From an uncultured Candidatus Saccharibacteria bacterium (GTDB taxonomy: Bacteria > Patescibacteriota > Saccharimonadia > Saccharimonadales > UBA4665), in NCBI GenBank assembly GCA_964484675.1, contig CAZAFC010000001.1, forward strand, positions 2,826 to 66,825: DNA of 64,000 nt, written 5' to 3'. Under the pieces are notes generated by a model that had not been told where the DNA came from, searched no databases, and saw nothing but the letters and a program-made list of their open reading frames with translations. The translations under genes were made by a program, and so were the position numbers. This document shows, one piece after another, positions 48,068-55,377 of the stretch; positions within the stretch are counted from its first letter, which is position 1; each line of letters begins with the position of its first letter.

Positions 48068-49456
48068 TCAGCACTTGGGCCTGATCGGGCGCATGAAAGC
48101 CGCTACCCTGCCCTCTGATCCGGCCATCGGACAATTAGTATTGACCAACACGACGTCGCCTGCGCGTAGCTCGTAGGAGAGCGCCCAGGGGTGTTGTTCC
48201 CAGCAGACACCGTGGCTGGCTGCAGACTGATGCACGCAGATACGCTCAGGATCACCGTGCCGTCCCGACTCCGCTGTCGCAACGAAACATCCGTTCTCCT
48301 GTGCCAGCTGAGCCATGAACGCGTCAATGCGAGCAACGCGCTTCGGGTGCATGCGCACCATCTCTGCGACCTTGGGGTCTTCCTCGGAGCATTTGCAGGA
48401 CGCCCAGGCCGTCAGGTAGTCGGCGACCACACCGACGGGCAGATTACGGGCACCCAGCTGCTCGAGCCCGAAGAACAGCTCGTCGTCACCAAGCGCCAAC
48501 CACAATGCGGCCTCAATCGGCGTTCCCCAGTGGTCCACGCGCTCAAGCGCAGCCTTCTTGGCAGCCCGCGACAACACCGCCGGCACGTTGCTGGTCGGCT
48601 CCGGAGCCAGGAGCTCAGGAGCCACTCGCGCGAGATCCTGCACCCGCCCTAGGGCTGTGTCCAAGATCTTGCCGATCTCCTCGCGAGCTGCGTCCAGGCC
48701 AAAAGCCCGCTCCAAGGACTTCAGGAGCCCGAATGACTCTGAACGCAAGAAACGGTCGGGTACCCGCCTCGCGCAGACGAGCATTGCCCGAGACAGCTGC
48801 CCGGCCGAGAGCATGGTCCAGCGCAAAGGCACCACGGCCTTCTCGTATGGCTGATCCCACGGCCCTATCACGTTCACGAAATCGGAAAGCGCCAGCCGCG
48901 CCTCCCGCCTGGCGTCGCGCATGATAGGGCTGGGGTCAGCCAAGACTTCATTGGCCCTCTCGACCTGCTCCATGATGAGCTGAGCGACCCGCTCGGTCCG
49001 CATGCCCGCCCAGCGCGCCGCTCGGACCCATTCATTGCCAAGCACGAAATGGTACTCAAACACCATTTCGATAAACGGCAGGCGCTCTGCCGGCTCGAGC
49101 AGTGCCAGCAGCCGCGGCACACCGAGCACCATCGGCAGGCCGTCGTCGCGCATGTACTTGTAGAGAAATTCGCGTGGGTCAAACAGTTGCGCGAACACCT
49201 CGGGATGCCGCTCGGCCCACTTCAGTCCGGCAAGCCGCGTCCGTGGGCCAGTCCCTTGCGAGACGTGCATGGCCCACTTTACCATCCGCTCCAGTGCCGC
49301 GCGGCCGTATGGCCCGGCAAGATGCACGCTCAGCTCAGGCGGGCCGGTTTCCGACGTTTTGGTGGCGTGGGATGACTGCGGCGTGGTCAAGTCCCGAGTC
49401 ACGCCTTCCAGAAAGCTCAGAAGCTCTTCGAACCCCATGTACTTGAGCTCGGTCAT
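48068..49456 (-). CDS. Large hypothetical protein (high-GC orphan, 462 aa)
   Basis: GAGAGGA SD before ATG 49456 (MTELKYMGFEEL...). Helical, Trp/Arg/Leu-rich N-terminal two-thirds and a Cys/His-containing C-terminal ~90 aa. No motif recognised. Confidence 0.7.
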   Translation of the reverse strand: MTELKYMGFEELLSFLEGVTRDLTTPQSSHATKTSETGPPELSVHLAGPYGRAALERMVKWAMHVSQGTGPRTRLAGLKWAERHPEVFAQLFDPREFLYKYMRDDGLPMVLGVPRLLALLEPAERLPFIEMVFEYHFVLGNEWVRAARWAGMRTERVAQLIMEQVERANEVLADPSPIMRDARREARLALSDFVNVIGPWDQPYEKAVVPLRWTMLSAGQLSRAMLVCARRVPDRFLRSESFGLLKSLERAFGLDAAREEIGKILDTALGRVQDLARVAPELLAPEPTSNVPAVLSRAAKKAALERVDHWGTPIEAALWLALGDDELFFGLEQLGARNLPVGVVADYLTAWASCKCSEEDPKVAEMVRMHPKRVARIDAFMAQLAQENGCFVATAESGRHGDPERICVHQSAASHGVCWEQHPWALSYELRAGDVVLVNTNCPMAGSEGRVAAFMRPIRPKC

Positions 49457-49630
49457 GGCGGGATCCTCTCGCTGATTGTGGTGGACTCGTTGCTCTGCTG
49501 TAGCCTTACAAGGCCGATCAAAAGAGCGACATACCGGCAGCTTGCCGTGTAATGTACCTGGCGTTATAGCAAGTTTTACGGCACGATGCAACCGTAAGCA
49601 CAAATTGACAGCGTCGCGAATACGGCGCGC

Positions 49631-50119
49631 TTAAGCAATCGGAGCAGCGCTCGCCTTCACTTGGTTCCATTCGCGCCACACCAGCCAGATAATCAGCGCA
49701 TCGAGCACCGTGAGAAACGCCATCCCAAACGTCGGCTTTACCACCAGCTCATACGCCTGATACGCGATAAACAACCCCAGCGCAACGATGGCGAACGGAT
49801 ACGCCCACGGCTTGTTGCGCAGCAGCGCCGCTACCAGCGCTACTTTGATGATGCCGTGCAACAGCAAAAAGGTAATCGCAAAAGCGTTGCGGCCATGCGA
49901 CAAACTCTCGCCATAATGCACCACATGCGTGGCGATAAAGCCGTGGTCCTCGCCCAATTCCGCCTGCGCAATCGAGTGCGTCCAGTGGCCAATAGTCGCC
50001 GGCTGCACAATCAGCAAAAACAATCCGGCGATAAGCTCGACCAACCCATCAAAACCCTTGATAAAAATACCGATTTCGTACGTTTTGTCGAGTAATGTTT
50101 TGGGATGAAACCAGGCCAT
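49631..50119 (-). CDS. DUF2127 membrane protein
   Basis: 162 aa with FIKGFDGLVELIAGLFLL and 4 TM helices, typical of DUF2127. Confidence 0.75.
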   Translation of the reverse strand: MAWFHPKTLLDKTYEIGIFIKGFDGLVELIAGLFLLIVQPATIGHWTHSIAQAELGEDHGFIATHVVHYGESLSHGRNAFAITFLLLHGIIKVALVAALLRNKPWAYPFAIVALGLFIAYQAYELVVKPTFGMAFLTVLDALIIWLVWREWNQVKASAAPIA

Positions 50120-50169
50120 CGTGGTACTTTCGTTTAGGCTGCTTGAGATTTTTTGTTTGTCAAAATTGG

Positions 50170-50856
50170 CTATGCCGCCTCAGTAGCAGAAGCTTCGGCA
50201 GGAGTATCGTCCTCGCCTTCGGCCTCAGGTGCCTCAGACTGCTCTTCATCGGTGTCGTCGCCGCCAGCCGCATCGTTGGCCGCAGCCAGCGCGCTCGGCT
50301 CAAACACCGTCGCGATCGTTTGCGTCGGCTCAGCAGCGATCTCCACGCCGTGCGGCACGATCAAATCAGCAACCGTCGCGTGATCACCTACTTCGGCAAG
50401 CTTTTCAGCGTCGTAGTACAGTGCTTCGGGCAAATTCTTTGGCACCGCCGTTACGGCCACCGATTCAACGTTTTGTAGCACGATAAATCCAGCGCGCTCG
50501 GCTGGGCTCGCTTCGTTCCCTTCGGCATACTGCGCACGAATTGGCACCTCAGCGTCAACTTTTTCATTGGCCCGAACGGCGTTGAACACCACATGACTGA
50601 GCTGGTGACGACGCGGGTCGAACGTCACCGATTTGATAAGCGCTGTGTATTTTTGGCCGCCGGCCGAGAGCTGCACCGGCGAGTGCTTGCCGGCGGCGCT
50701 GTAGACTTTGTGCAGCGCGCGGTAGTCAGCCTGCACCATCACCGAAGCTTTGCCGTGGTCGTGAATCACCGCTGGCACGATGCCCTGCTCGCGCAGTTTC
50801 TTTACAGGCTTGCCGGTAACGGTTCGTGGGTCGACATCGAGTTTAACTTCGTGCAT
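50170..50856 (-). CDS. rplY: 50S ribosomal protein L25 / general stress protein Ctc, acidic C-terminal tail
   Basis: AAGGAG SD. The N-terminus ...GKPVKKLREQGIVPAVIHDHGK...ALIKSVTFDPRRHQLSHVVF is typical L25/Ctc. Confidence 0.9.
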   Translation of the reverse strand: MHEVKLDVDPRTVTGKPVKKLREQGIVPAVIHDHGKASVMVQADYRALHKVYSAAGKHSPVQLSAGGQKYTALIKSVTFDPRRHQLSHVVFNAVRANEKVDAEVPIRAQYAEGNEASPAERAGFIVLQNVESVAVTAVPKNLPEALYYDAEKLAEVGDHATVADLIVPHGVEIAAEPTQTIATVFEPSALAAANDAAGGDDTDEEQSEAPEAEGEDDTPAEASATEAA

Positions 50857-50938
50857 GGTATCTCCTTAAAAATCGGGTACTTACCTAGTATAGCAAAAAA
50901 TGGTGGACTCCTTAAGCCAAACACGTTACGCTTGAGAA

Positions 50939-51580
50939 ATGAACGTGCACGACATTATTCAGAGTGGCGGCCTGCTCCTCATTTCCTTGATTATATTTGC
51001 CGAATCGGGCATGCTCGTGGGCTTCTTTTTGCCCGGTGACACCCTACTCCTGAGCGCCGGCGTGTTCGCCGCGCAAGGCAAACTGCCCGGCGGCATCGGG
51101 CTGACCATCGCCGTCATCGCGTTGGCGGCCATTCTCGGCGACAACACCGGCTACACCATCGGCAAATTCAGCGGCCCACGATTTTTCCGCAAAAAAGACG
51201 GCATTTTATTTCGGCAAGAATACGTGAGACGCGCCGAACTTTTCTACGAAAAATATGGCGCCAAAACCATGTTGCTGGCGCATTTTCTGCCGATCGTGCG
51301 CACGTTCGTGCCGATCGTCGCCGGCATCGCCAAAATGCCGCGCTTGCAATTTTTCATCTTCGACGCCATCGGCGATACTGCCTGGGCCATCGGCGTAACG
51401 CTGCTCGGCTATTGGTTCGGCAGCCGCATTCCAAATATCGACCACTACATTTTGCCAGTGTTCGTCATCGTTACTGTGCTCTGTTTTGCGCCAATGCTGT
51501 GGCATATTCTCGGCGATCGCACCACGCGTAAGCGACTTTTCCGCGCCATCACGCGCAAGTCCGACAGCTCGAGCAATTAG
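50939..51580 (+). CDS. DedA (SNARE-associated) family membrane protein
   Basis: FAESGMLVGFFLPGDTLLLSAG and the FLPIVRTFVPIVAG signature. Confidence 0.85.
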   Translation: MNVHDIIQSGGLLLISLIIFAESGMLVGFFLPGDTLLLSAGVFAAQGKLPGGIGLTIAVIALAAILGDNTGYTIGKFSGPRFFRKKDGILFRQEYVRRAELFYEKYGAKTMLLAHFLPIVRTFVPIVAGIAKMPRLQFFIFDAIGDTAWAIGVTLLGYWFGSRIPNIDHYILPVFVIVTVLCFAPMLWHILGDRTTRKRLFRAITRKSDSSSN

Positions 51581-51748
51581 CAACGCGCGGGCTCGTGAAT
51601 ATCGAACTAGCTTTATGCTCGGTTCGCGTTCACTCCACAATGCGCTCGCCTGCCCGAGTATCCTGCAGCCATGCTTTCTCGGGGCGTTTGGGCTTTGGCT
51701 TTTATGGTCTGTGAGATTATTCACACGCGGCGCGCCTTCAAAACGCTT

Positions 51749-51774
51749 GTATACATACCTAGGCGTATGTATAC
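51749..51774. repeat. 10-bp perfect inverted repeat (possible operator)
   Basis: GTATACATAC (51749-51758) and GTATGTATAC (51765-51774) are separated by CTAGGC. A second inverted repeat, CTTCATAT/ATATGAAG, lies at 51787-51813. Confidence 0.5.
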
Positions 51775-51880
51775 TTTTCTTATACTCTTCATATGTGTAG
51801 GTTATATATGAAGAAGCGCACCCAACTGCCACAGCCGATGTGGCTAGTTTGGTGCACCAAAATAACAGCTCGGAGGCGCC

Positions 51881-52156
51881 ATGCAACAACTCACTTTTAC
51901 GCTTGATGAATCGTGTATCCGCTGGTATAGCTATCATTTTAACGATACCATTCTGCGCAATGATATTTCATGGCGCAGCTGGCATCTCGCCTTGCAGCGA
52001 ACGCTCAACGACAAACAACTTGACGGCGCAGATTGCGCCATTTGTGGCCGCCATATTCCGCAAAACGAAGCTGCGCCGATCGAATATCTGGGCGGCTACA
52101 GCTTACGCACATGTCTTGCACATAGCAATCTGAGCGGGACGCCTACCAGCGACTAG
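51881..52156 (+). CDS. Small hypothetical protein with a CxxC...C..H cluster
   Basis: GGAGG lies 6 nt before the ATG. 91 aa (…GADCAICGRH…LRTCLAH…). Low GC. Convergent with the four-paralog operon. Confidence 0.4.
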   Translation: MQQLTFTLDESCIRWYSYHFNDTILRNDISWRSWHLALQRTLNDKQLDGADCAICGRHIPQNEAAPIEYLGGYSLRTCLAHSNLSGTPTSD

Positions 52157-52199
52157 CAGCACTGCCGACCTGTCCAGGCAAAACACAATCTTCGCGCGC

Positions 52200-52766
52200 C
52201 TAATCCTGCTTCTTCTGTATCTCGCGCATGATCAAATCGCGAATAATCTCCGACTTATTTTTGCCCGTCTCGAGCGACTCACTTCGCAAATAGCCGTAAA
52301 TCTGCCGATCGATGAACATATTAAAGCGCAGCTCCTTGGTAGAAATCGTGTTTTCCATGAGAAAATCGCCAACAATCTTCGCCACGTCCGCCTCGGTCTG
52401 ATATTCCGCCACCTTGAGATATCGATTTTTATACTCGCCGATCGTCCGCCACAAAATCGGCTGGCGCGACACGATCAGCACCGGCTTCTTCTGCTGTAAT
52501 GCCATCGCAACCTGGAATCCTTGCGTAAAACTGTAGTCAGTCGCCTCAACGATGACAAGATCGGCACGAGAAATCGCCTCAAGATTCTCCTCGATAATCC
52601 GGCCGTGGCCACCAATGTCATGCTTGTTCTTATGTGTGTGGTACGCGACCTCAATCCAGTCGCGAGCGAGCATAGCGTCGTTCTCGCTGAGAACTTTCAC
52701 GATCGCCCGCAAGTACGGCAGCTCGTCCGTAACGTCCCATTTACTACCAGTCAGATGCACAATCAT
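52200..52766 (-). CDS. DNPH1/nucleoside 2-deoxyribosyltransferase-like domain plus C-terminal RHH (paralog 4 of 4 in transcription order)
   Basis: MIVHLTGS..., ADLVIVEATDYSFTQGFQVAMAL..KKPVLIV, and C-terminal RFNMFIDRQIYGYLRSESLETGKNKSEIIRDLIMREI. Confidence 0.75.
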   Translation of the reverse strand: MIVHLTGSKWDVTDELPYLRAIVKVLSENDAMLARDWIEVAYHTHKNKHDIGGHGRIIEENLEAISRADLVIVEATDYSFTQGFQVAMALQQKKPVLIVSRQPILWRTIGEYKNRYLKVAEYQTEADVAKIVGDFLMENTISTKELRFNMFIDRQIYGYLRSESLETGKNKSEIIRDLIMREIQKKQD

Positions 52767-52832
52767 AACGTCTCACCAATCAAGCGCCAAGTATACCAGA
52801 AGCTACTAGCACTTGCTATTAGCTATCTATGC

Positions 52833-53417
52833 CTACTGTTCTTCATCCATCAGCATTTTTAATTTTAAGCCTGCATGAAGCAGATCTTGCACCATATTGA
52901 GCCGCTCGGCTTCCGGGCAGTCAATGGAGCTCAAATAGCGTTGGACTTGGGGACTTAAAGATAAAGTCATCGAGGTCCGGGTGGCCTCACTCTGCCCTTG
53001 CAAATACCGATTGACAGCATGAGCAACGTCCGTTTTAGTAGAGTATTCTACAACCTCGAGGAGCGCAGACTCGTAGCCAGAAAAAGTACGTGCTTTAAAT
53101 TGATTACGCGTTAAGACAAGGACCGGCTTACTGAGCCGAAGTGCGGTCGCTACCTGGAACCCTTGCGAGAAAGTGTAGTAGGTGCTTTCGGCGATAACGA
53201 CATCTGCGCGCCGGATCGCTTCAAGGTTCGCCTCAACGATTGGTTGCCAATCGACCTTCTCATCAGGAATCCCATGAACAAGGTGTCGCTGATACGCTGC
53301 CTCCGTCCAATTGCGCGCGATACTGTCTCCATTTTCATGGACAACATCTATAATTCGTTGGAAGTAAGGCATATCTTCGCGAATATTTCGCGCACTGCCC
53401 GTCAGATGGACGATCAC
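52833..53417 (-). CDS. DNPH1/NDT-like domain plus degenerate C-terminal RHH-like tail (paralog 3)
   Basis: The GTG start overlaps the upstream TGA (GTGA). MIVHLTGS..., ADVVIAESTYYTFSQGFQVATAL..SKPVLVL. Confidence 0.7.
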   Translation of the reverse strand: MIVHLTGSARNIREDMPYFQRIIDVVHENGDSIARNWTEAAYQRHLVHGIPDEKVDWQPIVEANLEAIRRADVVIAESTYYTFSQGFQVATALRLSKPVLVLTRNQFKARTFSGYESALLEVVEYSTKTDVAHAVNRYLQGQSEATRTSMTLSLSPQVQRYLSSIDCPEAERLNMVQDLLHAGLKLKMLMDEEQ

Positions 53418-54007
53418 ATCTTTTTCTCGGCAGTAATTTTCTGGACTTGCATGCCCAGCTTGGCCAGTTCGTAGAGCGCTTCGCCTTTCGTTTTGCCAGC
53501 CGCGGATGCCATGTCGTCAAGGTAGGTCAAAAGCACTCTATCAATCGGGGTTTGCACCGTCAGATCTTCCGAAGCCATCTGGTTGGCAGCGATAAATTCC
53601 CGTACTATCTCCGCCAGCTCTTTGCGATCTTTGTAGGTCTTCATGGTGAGCAGCTTATTCTTCACACCCGAGATAGCGTACTGGCGAAAAGATTTTCGCG
53701 ATACCAAGAGCACAGGAATGCCCTTTTGTAGCGCCAAAGATAATTCGTAGCCATGGTACAGGCGATAAGTGGTCGTCTCGGCGATGTAGAGATCGGCGCG
53801 AGCTACGGCGTATTCGTTTTCGCGAACAGCGTATGCCCAGTCCATTTCTTCATCTTTGGCTATAGCATTTTTTGTATTGTAGTTTGAATGTTCCATCCAA
53901 TTACGCGCAATACTGCACCCTTCTTTGTGGACGGCATCTATTACTGTTCTAAAGTCAAAGAATTCTTCACCTTGAGCTCGTATCCCACCACCAATTTGCA
54001 CAATCAT
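53414..54007 (-). CDS. DNPH1/NDT-like domain plus C-terminal RHH (paralog 2)
   Basis: ADLYIAETTTYRLYHGYELSLAL..GIPVLLV, and C-terminal LTVQTPIDRVLLTYLDDMASAAGKTKGEALYELAKLGM. 1-nt gap to the upstream gene. Confidence 0.7.
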   Translation of the reverse strand: MIVQIGGGIRAQGEEFFDFRTVIDAVHKEGCSIARNWMEHSNYNTKNAIAKDEEMDWAYAVRENEYAVARADLYIAETTTYRLYHGYELSLALQKGIPVLLVSRKSFRQYAISGVKNKLLTMKTYKDRKELAEIVREFIAANQMASEDLTVQTPIDRVLLTYLDDMASAAGKTKGEALYELAKLGMQVQKITAEKKM

Positions 54008-54008
54008 A

Positions 54009-54578
54009 CTAGTTTTCTTGTTTGTCGATCTCGTTCTGAACTAGATCTCGGAGAATCTCGGCCTTAGTCTTGCCTGTCTTGAAAGCTGCCCAACGGAGAT
54101 AGTTATAAATCTTGCGATCAATGAAGAAGTTAAATCGCATATCTTTGGACTTGATATCATTATCACTTATAAAACTACTTACGATTCCCTTGAGGGAATC
54201 TGTCGTATACTCTTCATGTTTTACCCAGCCATCTTCTACGCCTGTTACAAATGCGTTTTTATCAGCGGTACTATGCCTGAGCAAAAGCACTGGCTTCTTT
54301 TGCTGAATTGCGACGGCAATTTGATAACCAATCGCGAAATTTTCATAACTAGTTTCAGCGATTATGATGTCAGACTTCGCAATTGTTTCAAGGTTCTGCT
54401 TTACAATTGCAGTCCAATCAGGAGCAGGCTGGCTTGGTTCCGTATTCCTCCGATAGGCACGCTCTATCCAATCGAGTGCCAGCTCATGGCCAGAACCCTT
54501 AACCACCTCCACAATCTGGCGCAAGGTGTTAATATCATTCTCGAGTGTTGGGCGGGATGTTATAAAGTGCACTTTCAT
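54009..54578 (-). CDS. DNPH1/NDT-like domain plus C-terminal RHH (paralog 1, promoter-proximal)
   Basis: GAGGT SD. MKVHFITS..., SDIIIAETSYENFAIGYQIAVAI..KKPVLLL, and C-terminal RFNFFIDRKIYNYLRWAAFKTGKTKAEILRDLVQNEI. The lowest-GC stretch of the window. Confidence 0.75.
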   Translation of the reverse strand: MKVHFITSRPTLENDINTLRQIVEVVKGSGHELALDWIERAYRRNTEPSQPAPDWTAIVKQNLETIAKSDIIIAETSYENFAIGYQIAVAIQQKKPVLLLRHSTADKNAFVTGVEDGWVKHEEYTTDSLKGIVSSFISDNDIKSKDMRFNFFIDRKIYNYLRWAAFKTGKTKAEILRDLVQNEIDKQEN

Positions 54579-54594
54579 TTTGTGGACCTCGCTT

Positions 54595-54690
54595 TAGTAA
54601 ATATTATGTGGCTGCTGCAAAAGTAAGTCAGAATTATGATTCATTATCGATTCTATCATAAATTATGATCAAAAGTAATATTATGTTAGA
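54595..54690. promoter_or_regulatory. AT-rich divergent control region with nested direct repeats (candidate RHH operators)
   Basis: The ATTATG core occurs at 54603, 54633, 54662 and 54680. Outer pair: AGTAAATATTATGT / AGTAATATTATGT. Inner pair: AATTATGATTCA / AATTATGATCAA. Confidence 0.4.
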
Positions 54691-54742
54691 GTAAATCTTT
54701 AAGACTTACAAATAGCACATACAAACCATTCAATTCTAGCCT

Positions 54743-55372
54743 ATGTCATATCCTGCTGGTCCGAATAGCATCACTCTTAAAGCATACTCCCAGCACGTCA
54801 CGGAGTATATTAAAAATACTCCTTCGAATTACCAGTCGTACCATATACCTCTTCTTCGTTGGATCAATTTTAGTCTAAAACTTATAGCGCCTCAATCTAA
54901 GGTATTGGAGATTGGAAGTGCTACTCCCCGCGAAGCACGGTATATACGTTCAAAGGGTTTTATTGTCCATGCCAGTGATGCCGTACCGGCATTCGTAGAT
55001 CACCTTCAGGATAAAGGCGAGGATGCCTTTTTGCTCAATTTACTGACAGATGAGATTGAAGGTGACTATGCAATGATCTTCGCCAATGCCGTCTTCTCCC
55101 ACTTTTCTCGGCAGGAAATAATCAAAGCCCTACATAAAGTCTACAATGCCTTGAGTCCCGGCAGTATATTTGCCTTTAGCGTAAAGCAGGGGAATGGCGA
55201 AGGGTGGATTACGGAAAAATTTAGTGCTGCACGGTATGTCAAATACTGGCGACCTGATGAAATATATGAACTGGCCGCGGCTATCGGCTTCATAGTTGTA
55301 TTTAAAGAGCAAGATATCAATGGAGATTTGCCTACCCACACCTGGATCAACATTGTTGCACGGAAACCGTAG
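54743..55372 (+). CDS. Class I SAM-dependent methyltransferase
   Basis: Motif I VLEIGSATP, post-I HASD, and MIFANAVFSHF. Low GC. Divergent from the paralog operon. Its stop lies 5 nt from the uvrA stop. Confidence 0.8.
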   Translation: MSYPAGPNSITLKAYSQHVTEYIKNTPSNYQSYHIPLLRWINFSLKLIAPQSKVLEIGSATPREARYIRSKGFIVHASDAVPAFVDHLQDKGEDAFLLNLLTDEIEGDYAMIFANAVFSHFSRQEIIKALHKVYNALSPGSIFAFSVKQGNGEGWITEKFSAARYVKYWRPDEIYELAAAIGFIVVFKEQDINGDLPTHTWINIVARKP

Positions 55373-55377
55373 TCTGA

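Noticed and set aside
51206-51937. 243-aa minus-strand ORF
   Set aside because: It overlaps the 3' half of dedA on the opposite strand and runs into AT-rich intergenic DNA. There is no SD and the composition is poor.
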